Shown piece after piece: positions 15,001 to 26,500 of a DNA stretch of 64,000 bases (positions are counted from its first letter, which is position 1; every line of letters starts with the position of its first letter). The stretch is from Auanema rhodensis (taxonomy: Eukaryota > Animalia > Nematoda), in NCBI GenBank assembly GCA_964057225.1, contig OZ059894.1, positions 5,394,001 through 5,458,000 on the forward strand. The letters run 5' to 3'. A program made the translations under genes and the position numbers. The notes below the pieces were generated by a model that saw nothing but the letters and a program-made list of their open reading frames with translations, had not been told where the DNA came from and ran no database searches.

Positions 15001-16226
15001 GTGTACATGTGATGTGCACATGGTATGTAACTCGCTTCACGTGAAAGATAAAGGGATGCGGTTTTCAAAATTAGATTCCCCATGTCCATATTAGTCTAAA
15101 AACGAATTTTTATTGATATTGATGCATGGTAACCATGACTTCGAAATTTACGTGAACTTTAATTTATGCTTATTAAGTGTACATGTGATGTGCACTTGGT
15201 ATGTAACTCGCTTCACGTGAAAGATGAAGGGATGCGGTTTTCAAAATTAGATTCCCCATGTCCATATAAGTCTAAAAACAAATTTTTGTTGATATTGGTG
15301 GATGGTAACCATGACTTTGAAATTTACGTGAACTTTAATTTATGCTAATTAAGTGTACACGTGATGTGCACTTGGTATGTAACTAGCTTCACGTGAAAGA
15401 TGAAGAGATGCGGTTTTCAAAATTAGATTCCCCATGTCCATATTAGTCTAAAAACAAATTTTTGTTGATATTGGTGGATGGTAACCATGACTTTCAAATT
15501 TACGTGAACTTCAATTTATGCTAATTAAGTGTACACGTGATGTGCCCTTGGTATGTAACTCGCTTCACGTGAAAGATAAAGAGATGCGGTTTTCAAAATA
15601 GATTCCCCATTTCCATATTAGTCTAAAAACAAATTTTTATTGATATTGGTGCATGGCAACCATGACTTTAAAATTTACGTGAACTTTCATTTATGCTAAT
15701 TAAGTGTACACATGATGTGCACTTGGTATGTAACTCGCTTCACGTGAAAGATAAAGAGATGCGGTTTTCAAAATAGATTCCCCATTTCCATATTAGTCTA
15801 AAAACAAATTTTTATTGATATTGGTGCATGGCAACCATGACTTTAAAATTTACGTGAACTTTAATTTATGCTAATTAAGTGTACACATGATGTGCACTTG
15901 GTATGTAACTCGCTTCACGTCAATGATAAAGAGATGCGGTTTTCAAAATTAGATTCCTCATGTCCATATAAGTCTAAAAACGAATTTTTATTGATATTGA
16001 TGCATGGTAACCATGACTTTGAAATTTACGTGAACTTTAATTTATGCTAATTAAGTGTACACTTGATGTGCACTTGGTATGTAACTCGCTTCACGTCAAA
16101 GATAAAGAGATGCAGTTTTCAAAATTAGATTCCCCATGTCCATATTAGTCTAAAAACAAATTTTTATTGATATTGGTGCATGGTAACCATGACTTTGAAA
16201 TTTACGTGAACTTTAATTTATGCTAA
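1..16226. repeat. Satellite A: tandem array of 175/176-bp monomers (~92 copies), open at the left window edge
   Basis: The unit ttggtg(g/c)atggtaaccatgactttgaaatttacgtgaactttaatttatgctaattaagtgtacacgtgatgtgcacttggtatgtaactcgcttcacgtgaaagat(g/a)aagagatgcggttttcaaaattagattccccatgtccatattagtctaaaaacaaattttt(g/a)ttgata recurs without interruption. Repeated ORF starts differ by multiples of ~176 (352, 704, 878/879). The 175-bp variants carry aaaatagatt instead of aaaattagatt. Confidence 0.99.
4200..16140. repeat. Degenerate ~6-kb (33-36 monomer) higher-order duplication within satellite A
   Basis: Private variants recur at a constant offset of 5976: aatatggg 4215/10191, cttcaagtg 5017/10993, aactccctt 5535/11511 and 6239/12215. 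The offset then becomes 5801 (gtctatatt 6997/12798; ORFs 6727/12528) and 6329 (ORFs 8837/15166, 9539/15868). Confidence 0.75.
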
Positions 16227-16240
16227 CACACTTATATCTT
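16221..16240. other. Direct junction between satellite A and satellite B
   Basis: The sequence reads ...tttatgctaa|cacacttatatcttcg... A would continue ttaagtgtacac and B is normally preceded by gatataggtt. No intervening sequence is present. Confidence 0.95.
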
Positions 16241-16889
16241 CGATTTTCACCCTGAAGAATTAATTTTTTCGTTGAATAACATTGTCCATCGTCTTCGCCT
16301 CGAAAAAAAAATCTAAAAACATGTACTTTTTGTGAAATTATCTGGAAATTTTTCGGGAAAATTTTTGTCAAAATGTTTTTGGAAGCAATGTTGAGTGTAA
16401 TGGAAACTCGACATACACTAATGCATCATTTTTCAAACAATCATAACTAATTTTTGTATTGGACGTTTCCCAATGTATTATAGTGTATTCGATGCGGATT
16501 TTTAAGCTGCGTCGATCTGTGTTATCAGATTTGCGCTAACTTAAAAATGCACCGAGATATCAACTGATATAGGTTCACACTTATATCTTCGATTTTCACC
16601 CTGAAGAATTAATTTTTTCGTTAAATACCATTGTCCATCGTCTTCGCCTCGAAAAAAAAATCTAAAAACATCTACTTTTTGTGAAATTATCTGGAAATTT
16701 TTCGGGAAAATTTTTGTCAAAAAGTTTTTGGAAGCAATTTTGAGTGTACATGGAAACTCAACATACACTAATGCATCATTTTTCAAACGATCATAACTAA
16801 TTTTTGTATTAAGCGTTTCTCAATGTGACGTAGTGCATTCGATGCGGAATTTTAAGCTGCGTCGATCTGTGTGATCAGATTTGCGCTAG

Positions 16890-19800
16890 CTTAAAAATGC
16901 ACCGAGATATCAACTGATATAGGTTCACACTTATATCTTCGATTTTCACCCTGAAGAATTAATTTTTTCGTTGAATAACATTGTCCATCGTCTTCGCCTC
17001 GAAAAAAAAAATCTAAAAACATCTACTTTTTGTGAAATTATCTGGAAATTTTTCGGGAAAATTTTTGTCAAAATGTTTTTGGAAGCAATGTTGAGTGTAA
17101 TGGAAACTCGACATACACTAATGCATCATTTTTCAAACAATCATAACTAATTTTTGTATTGGACGTTTCCCAATGTATTAGAGTGTATTCGATGCAGATT
17201 GTTAAGCTGCGTCGATCTGTGTTATCAGATTTGCGCTAACTTAAAAATGCACCGAGATATCAACTGATATAGGTTCACACTTATATCTTCGATTTTCACC
17301 CTGAAGAATTAATTTCTTCGTTGAATAACATTGTCCATCGTCTTCGCCTCGAAAAAAAAATCTAAAAACATCTACTTTTTGTGAAATTATCTGGAAATTT
17401 TTCGGGAAAATTTTTGTCAAAATGTTTTTGGAAGCAATGTTGAGTGTAATGGAAACTCGACATACACTAATGCATCATTTTTCAAACAATCATAACTAAT
17501 TTTTGTATTGGACGTTTCCCAATGTATTATAGTGTATTCGATGCGGATTTTTAAGCTGCGTCGATCTGTGTTATCAGATTTGCGCTAACTTAAAAATGCA
17601 CCGAGATATCAACTGATATAGGTTCACACTTATATCTTCGATTTTCATCCTGAAGAATTAATTTTTTCGTTGAATACCATTGTCCATCGTCTTCGCCTTA
17701 AAAGAAAAATCTAAAAACATCTACTTTTTGTGAAATTATCTGGAAATTTTTCGGGAAAATTTTTGTCAAAAAGTTTTTGGAAGCAATTTTGAGTGTACAT
17801 GGAAACTCAACATACACTAATGCATCATTTTTCAAACGATCATAACTAATTTTTGTATTAAGCGTTTCTCAATGTGACGTAGTGCATTCGATGCGGAATT
17901 TTAAGCTGCGTCGATCTGTGTGATCAGATTTGCGCTAGCTTAAAAATGCACCGAGATATCAACTGATATAGGTTCACACTTATATCTTCGATTTTCACCC
18001 TGAAGAATTAATTTTTTCGTTGAATAACATTGTCCATCGTCTTCGCCTCGAAAAAAAAAATCTAAAAACATCTACTTTTTGTGAAATTATCTGGAAATTT
18101 TTCGGGAAAATTTTTGTCAAAATGTTTTTGGAAGCAATGTTGAGTGTAATGGAAACTCGACATACACTAATGCATCATTTTTCAAACAATCATAACTAAT
18201 TTTTGTATTGGACGTTTCCCAATGTATTAGAGTGTATTCGATGCAGATTGTTAAGCTGCGTCGATCTGTGTTATCAGATTTGCGCTAACTTAAAAATGCA
18301 CCGAGATATCAACTGATATAGGTTCACACTTATATCTTCGATTTTCACCCTGAAGAATTAATTTCTTCGTTGAATAACATTGTCCATCGTCTTCGCCTCG
18401 AAAAAAAAATCTAAAAACATCTACTTTTTGTGAAATTATCTGGAAATTTTTCGGGAAAATTTTTGTCAAAATGTTTTTGGAAGCAATGTTGAGTGTAATG
18501 GAAACTCGACATACACTAATGCATCATTTTTCAAACAATCATAACTAATTTTTGTATTGGACGTTTCCCAATGTATTATAGTGTATTCGATGCGGATTTT
18601 TAAGCTGCGTCGATCTGTGTTATCAGATTTGCGCTAACTTAAAAATGCACCGAGATATCAACTGATATAGGTTCACACTTATATCTTCGATTTTCATCCT
18701 GAAGAATTAATTTTTTCGTTGAATACCATTGTCCATCGTCTTCGCCTTAAAAGAAAAATCTAAAAACATCTACTTTTTGTGAAATTATCTGGAAATTTTT
18801 CGGGAAAATTTTTGTCAAAAAGTTTTTGGAAGCAATTTTGAGTGTACATGGAAACTCAACATACACTAATGCATCATTTTTCAAACAATCATAACTAATT
18901 TTTGTATTGGACGTTTCCCAATGTATTATAGTGTATTCGATGCGGATTTTTAAGCTGCGTCGATCTGTGTTATCAGATTTGCGCTAACTTAAAAATGCAC
19001 CGAGATATCAACTGATATAGGTTCACACTTATATCTTCGATTTTCACCCTGAAGAATTAATTTTTTTGTTAAATACCATTGTCCATCGTCTTCGCCTCGA
19101 AAAAAAAATCTAAAAACATCTACTTTTCGTGAAATTATCTGGAAATTTTTCGGGAAAATTTTTGTCAAAAAGTTTTTGGAAGCAATTTTGAGTGTACATG
19201 GAAACTCAACATACACTAATGCATCATTTTTCAAACGATCATAACTAATTTTTGTATTGGACGTTTCCCAATGTATTATAGTGTATTCGATGCGGATTTT
19301 TAAGCTGCGTCGATCTGTGTGATCAGATTTGCGCTAGCTTAAAAATGCACCGAGATATCAACTGATATAGGTTCACACTTATATCTTCGATTTTCACCCT
19401 GAAGAATTAATTTTTTCGTTGAATAACATTGTCCATCGTCTTCGCCTCGAAAAAAAAAATCTAAAAACATCTACTTTTTGTGAAATTATCTGGAAATTTT
19501 TCGGGAAAATTTTTGTCAAAATGTTTTTGGAAGCAATGTTGAGTGTAATGGAAACTCGACATACACTAATGCATCATTTTTCAAACAATCATAACTAATT
19601 TTTGTATTGGACGTTTCCCAATGTATTAGAGTGTATTCGATGCAGATTGTTAAGCTGCGTCGATCTGTGTTATCAGATTTGCGCTAACTTAAAAATGCAC
19701 CGAGATATCAACTGATATAGGTTCACACTTATATCTTCGATTTTCACCCTGAAGAATTAATTTCTTCGTTGAATAACATTGTCCATCGTCTTCGCCTCGA

Positions 19801-20740
19801 AAAAAAAATCTAAAAACATCTACTTTTTGTGAAATTATCTGGAAATTTTTCGGGAAAATTTTTGTCAAAATGTTTTTGGAAGCAATGTTGAGTGTAATGG
19901 AAACTCGACATACACTAATGCATCATTTTTCAAACAATCATAACTAATTTTTGTATTGGACGTTTCCCAATGTATTATAGTGTATTCGATGCGGATTTTT
20001 AAGCTGCGTCGATCTGTGTTATCAGATTTGCGCTAACTTAAAAATGCACCGAGATATCAACTGATATAGGTTCACACTTATATCTTCGATTTTCATCCTG
20101 AAGAATTAATTTTTTCGTTGAATACCATTGTCCATCGTCTTCGCCTTAAAAGAAAAATCTAAAAACATCTACTTTTTGTGAAATTATCTGGAAATTTTTC
20201 GGGAAAATTTTTGTCAAAAAGTTTTTGGAAGCAATTTTGAGTGTACATGGAAACTCAACATACACTAATGCATCATTTTTCAAACAATCATAACTAATTT
20301 TTGTATTGGACGTTTCCCAATGTATTATAGTGTATTCGATGCGGATTTTTAAGCTGCGTCGATCTGTGTTATCAGATTTGCGCTAACTTAAAAATGCACC
20401 GAGATATCAACTGATATAGGTTCACACTTATATCTTCGATTTTCACCCTGAAGAATTAATTTTTTTGTTAAATACCATTGTCCATCGTCTTCGCCTCGAA
20501 AAAAAAATCTAAAAACATCTACTTTTCGTGAAATTATCTGGAAATTTTTCGGGAAAATTTTTGTCAAAAAGTTTTTGGAAGCAATTTTGAGTGTACATGG
20601 AAACTCAACATACACTAATGCATCATTTTTCAAACAATCATAACTAATTTTTGTATTGGACGTTTCCCAATGTATTATAGTGTATTCGATGCGGATTTTT
20701 AAGCTGCGTCGATCTGTGTTATCAGATTTGCGCTAGCTTA
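16890..20740. repeat. Junction-proximal satellite B subfamily with 3-mer/4-mer higher-order repeats
   Basis: The marker tattagagtg...gatgcagattgtt occurs at 17181, 18230 and 19629 (offsets 1049, 1399). Linked markers are aatttcttcg, ttcatcctg and gtgtaatgg...ctcgac. Confidence 0.85.
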
Positions 20741-23529
20741 AAAATGCACCGAGATATCAACTGATATAAGTTCACACATATATCTTCGATTTTCACCCTG
20801 AAGAATTAATTTTTTCGTTGAATACCATTGTCCATCGTCTTCGCCTTAAAAGAAAAATCTAAAAACATCTACTTTTTGTGAAATTATCTGGAAATTTTTC
20901 GGGAAAATTTTTGTCAAAAAGTTTTTGGAAGCAATTTTGAGTGTACATGGAAACTCAACATACACTAATGCATCATTTTTCAAACGATCATAACTAATTT
21001 TTGTATTAAGCGTTTCTCAATGTGACGTAGTGCATTCGATGCGGAATTTTAAGCTGCGTCGATTTGTGTTATCAGATGTGCGCTAACTTAAGAATGCACC
21101 GAGATATCAACTGATATAAGTTCACACATATATCCTCGATTTTCACCCTGAAGAATTAATTTTTTCGTTGAATAACATTGTCCATCGTCTTCGCCTTGAA
21201 AAAAGGAATCTAAAAACATCTACTTTTTGTAAAGTTATTTTGAACTTTTCGGGAAAATTTTTGTCAAAATGTTTTTGGAAGCAATTTTGAGTGTACATGG
21301 AAACTCAACATACACTAATGCATCATTTTTCAAACGATCATAACTAATTTTTGTATTGGACGTTTCCCAATGTATTATAGTGTATTCGATGCGGATTTTT
21401 AAGCTGCGTCGATCTGTGTTATCAGATTTGCGCTCACTTAAAAATGCACCGAGATATCAACTGATATAGGTTCACACTTATATCTTCGATTTTCACCCTG
21501 AAGAATTAATTTTTTCGTTGAATAACATTGTCCATCGTCTTCGCCTCAAAAAAAAATCTAAAAACATCTACTTTTTGTGAAATTATCTGGAAATTTTTCG
21601 GGAAATTTTTGTCAAAAAGTTTTTGGAAGCAACTTTGAGTGTACATGGAAACTCAACATACACTAATGCATCATTTTTCAAACGATCATAACTAATTTTT
21701 GTATTGGACGTTTCCCAATGTATTATAGTGTATTCGATGCGGATTTTTAAGCTGCGTCGATCTGTGTTATCAGATTTGCGCTAACTTAAAAATGCACCGA
21801 GATATCAACTGATATAGGTTCACACTTATATCTTCGATTTTCACCCTGAAGAATTAATTTTTTCGTTGAATAACATTGTCCATCGTCTTCGCCTTGAAAA
21901 AAAAATCTAAAAACATCTACTTTTTGTGAAATTATTTTGAAATTTTTCAGGAAAATTTTTGTCAAAATGTTTTTGGAAGCAATGTTGAGTGTACATGGAA
22001 ACTCAACATACACTAATGCATCATTTTTCAAACGATCATAACTAATTTTTGTATTGGACGTTTCCCAATGTATTATAGTGTATTTGATGCGGATTTTTAA
22101 GCTGCGTCGATCTGTGTTATCAGATTTGCGCTAACTTAAAAATGCACCGAGATATCAACTGATATAGGTTCACACTTATATCTTCGATTTTCACCCTGAA
22201 GAATTAATTTTTTCGTTGAATAACATTGTCCATCGTCTTCGCCTTGAAAAAAAAATCTAAAAACATCTACTTTTTGTGAAATTATTTTGAAATTTTTCAG
22301 GAAAATTTTTGTCAAAATGTTTTTGGAAGCAATGTTGAGTGTACATGGAAACTCAACATACACTAATGCATCATTTTTCAAACGATCATAACTAATTTTT
22401 GTATTGGACGTTTCCCAATGTATTATAGTGTATTCGATGCGGATTTTTAAGCTGCGTCGATCTGTGTTATCAGATTTGCGCTAACTTAAAAATGCACCGA
22501 GATATCAACTGATATAGGTTCACACTTATATCTTCGATTTTCACCCTGAAGAATTAATTTTTTCGTTGAATAACATTGTCCATCGTCTTCGCCTCAAAAA
22601 AAAATCTAAAAACATCTACTTTTTGTGAAATTATCTGGAAATTTTTCGGGAAATTTTTGTCAAAAAGTTTTTGGAAGCAACTTTGAGTGTACATGGAAAC
22701 TCAACATACACTAATGCATCATTTTTCAAACGATCATAACTAATTTTTGTATTGGACGTTTCCCAATGTATTATAGTGTATTCGATGCGGATTTTTAAGC
22801 TGCGTCGATCTGTGTTATCAGATTTGCGCTAACTTAAAAATGCACCGAGATATCAACTGATATAGGTTCACACTTATATCTTCGATTTTCACCCTGAAGA
22901 ATTAATTTTTTCGTTGAATAACATTGTCCATCGTCTTCGCCTTGAAAAAAAAATCTAAAAACATCTACTTTTTGTGAAATTATTTTGAAATTTTTCAGGA
23001 AAATTTTTGTCAAAATGTTTTTGGAAGCAATGTTGAGTGTACATGGAAACTCAACATACACTAATGCATCATTTTTCAAACGATCATAACTAATTTTTGT
23101 ATTGGACGTTTCCCAATGTATTATAGTGTATTTGATGCGGATTTTTAAGCTGCGTCGATCTGTGTTATCAGATTTGCGCTAACTTAAAAATGCACCGAGA
23201 TATCAACTGATATAGGTTCACACTTATATCTTCGATTTTCACCCTGAAGAATTAATTTTTTCGTTGAATAACATTGTCCATCGTCTTCGCCTTGAAAAAA
23301 AATCTAAAAACATCTACTTTTTGTGAAATTATTTTGAAATTTTTCAGGAAAATTTTTGTCAAAATGTTTTTGGAAGCAATGTTGAGTGTACATGGAAACT
23401 CAACATACACTAATGCATCATTTTTCAAACGATCATAACTAATTTTTGTATTGGACGTTTCCCAATGTATTATAGTGTATTCGATGCGGATTTTTAAGCT
23501 GCGTCGATCTGTGTTATCAGATTTGCGCT

Positions 23530-26500
23530 AACTTAAAAATGCACCGAGATATCAACTGATATAGGTTCACACTTATATCTTCGATTTTCACCCTGAAGAA
23601 TTAATTTTTTCGTTGAATAACATTGTCCATCGTCTTCGCCTCGAAAAAAAAATCTAAAAACATCTACTTTTTGTGAAATTATCTGGAAATTTTTCGGGAA
23701 ATTTTTGTCAAAAAGTTTTTGGAAGCAACTTTGAGTGTACATGGAAACTCAACATACACTAATGCATCATTTTTCAAACGATCATAACTAATTTTTGTAT
23801 TGGACGTTTCCCAATGTATTATAGTGTATTCGATGCGGATTTTTAAGCTGCGTCGATTTGTGTTATCAGATTTGCGCTAACTTAAAAATGCACCGAGATA
23901 TCAACTGATATAGGTTCACACTTATATCTTCGATTTTCACCCTGAAGAATTAATTTTTTCGTTGAGTAACATTGTCCATCGTCTTCGCCTCGAAAAAAAA
24001 ATCTAAAAACATCTACTTTTTGTGAAATTATCTGGAAATTTTTCGGGAAAATTTTTGTCAAAATGTTTTTGGAAGCAATGTTGAGTGTACATGGAAACTC
24101 AACATACACTAATGCATCATTTTTCAAACGATCATAACTAATTTTTGTATTCAGCGTTTCTCAATGTAACATAGTGCATTCGATGCGGATTTTTAAGCTG
24201 CGTCGATCTGTGTTATCAGATTTGCGCTAGCTTAAAAATGCACCGAGATATCAACTGATATAGGTTCACACTTATATCTTCGATTTTCACCCTGAAGAAT
24301 TAATTTTTTCGTTGAATACCATTGTCCATCGTCTTCGCCTCGAAAAAAAAATCTAAAAACATCTACTTTTTGTGAAATTATCTGGAAATTTTTCAGGAAA
24401 ATTTTTGTCAAAATGTTTTTGGAAGCAATGTTGAGTGTACATGGAAACTCAACATACACTAATGCATCATTTTTCAAACGATCATAACTAATTTTTGTAT
24501 TGGACGTTTCCCAATGTATTATAGTGTATTTGATGCGGATTTTTAAGCTGCGTCGATCTGTGTTATCAGATTTGCGCTAACTTAAAAATGCACCGAGATA
24601 TCAACTGATATAGGTTCACACTTATATCTTCGATTTTCACCCTGAAGAATTAATTTTTTCGTTGAATAACATTGTCCATCGTCTTCGCCTTGAAAAAAAA
24701 ATCTAAAAACATCTACTTTTTGTGAAATTATTTTGAAATTTTTCAGGAAAATTTTTGTCAAAATGTTTTTGGAAGCAATGTTGAGTGTACATGGAAACTC
24801 AACATACACTAATGCATCATTTTTCAAACGATCATAACTAATTTTTGTATTGGACGTTTCCCAATGTATTATAGTGTATTCGATGCGGATTTTTAAGCTG
24901 CGTCGATCTGTGTTATCAGATTTGCGCTAACTTAAAAATGCACCGAGATATCAACTGATATAGGTTCACACTTATATCTTCGATTTTCACCCTGAAGAAT
25001 TAATTTTTTCGTTGAATAACATTGTCCATCGTCTTCGCCTCGAAAAAAAAATCTAAAAACATCTACTTTTTGTGAAATTATCTGGAAATTTTTCGGGAAA
25101 TTTTTGTCAAAAAGTTTTTGGAAGCAACTTTGAGTGTACATGGAAACTCAACATACACTAATGCATCATTTTTCAAACGATCATAACTAATTTTTGTATT
25201 GGACGTTTCCCAATGTATTATAGTGTATTCGATGCGGATTTTTAAGCTGCGTCGATTTGTGTTATCAGATTTGCGCTAACTTAAAAATGCACCGAGATAT
25301 CAACTGATATAGGTTCACACTTATATCTTCGATTTTCACCCTGAAGAATTAATTTTTTCGTTGAGTAACATTGTCCATCGTCTTCGCCTCGAAAAAAAAA
25401 TCTAAAAACATCTACTTTTTGTGAAATTATCTGGAAATTTTTCGGGAAAATTTTTGTCAAAATGTTTTTGGAAGCAATGTTGAGTGTACATGGAAACTCA
25501 ACATACACTAATGCATCATTTTTCAAACGATCATAACTAATTTTTGTATTCAGCGTTTCTCAATGTAACATAGTGCATTCGATGCGGATTTTTAAGCTGC
25601 GTCGATCTGTGTTATCAGATTTGCGCTAGCTTAAAAATGCACCGAGATATCAACTGATATAGGTTCACACTTATATCTTCGATTTTCACCCTGAAGAATT
25701 AATTTTTTCGTTGAATACCATTGTCCATCGTCTTCGCCTTAAAAGAAAAATCTAAAAACATCTACTTTTTGTGAAATTATCTGGAAATTTTTCGGGAAAT
25801 TTTTGTCAAAAAGTTTTTGGAAGCAACTTTGAGTGTACATGGAAACTCAACATACACTAATGCATCATTTTTCAAACGATCATAACTAATTTTTGTATTG
25901 GACGTTTCCCAATGTATTATAGTGTATTCGATGCGGATTTTTAAGCTGCGTCGATTTGTGTTATCAGATTTGCGCTAACTTAAAAATGCACCGAGATATC
26001 AACTGATATAGGTTCACACTTATATCTTCGATTTTCACCCTGAAGAATTAATTTTTTCGTTGAGTAACATTGTCCATCGTCTTCGCCTCGAAAAAAAAAT
26101 CTAAAAACATCTACTTTTTGTGAAATTATCTGGAAATTTTTCGGGAAAATTTTTGTCAAAATGTTTTTGGAAGCAATGTTGAGTGTACATGGAAACTCAA
26201 CATACACTAATGCATCATTTTTCAAACGATCATAACTAATTTTTGTATTCAGCGTTTCTCAATGTAACATAGTGCATTCGATGCGGATTTTTAAGCTGCG
26301 TCGATCTGTGTTATCAGATTTGCGCTAGCTTAAAAATGCACCGAGATATCAACTGATATAGGTTCACACTTATATCTTCGATTTTCACCCTGAAGAATTA
26401 ATTTTTTCGTTGAATACCATTGTCCATCGTCTTCGCCTCGAAAAAAAAATCTAAAAACATCTACTTTTTGTGAAATTATCTGGAAATTTTTCAGGAAAAT

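Noticed and set aside
1452-16050. Repeated 60-100 aa plus-strand ORFs (MLIKCT...)
   Set aside because: They lie in satellite A, are open only in monomers where a SNP removes a stop, read the same unit in shifting frames, and have no recognisable domain.
16267-16283. CENP-B box-like tttcgttgaataacatt in satellite B
   Set aside because: It matches only the left half (TTCGTTG.A) of the canonical box and lacks the essential CGGG.
16227-16900. Satellite B as a simple dimer of satellite A or of two 175-bp halves
   Set aside because: No evident similarity at lag ~175 within B. Only one ~90-bp part loosely resembles A, which is reported as a tentative finding.
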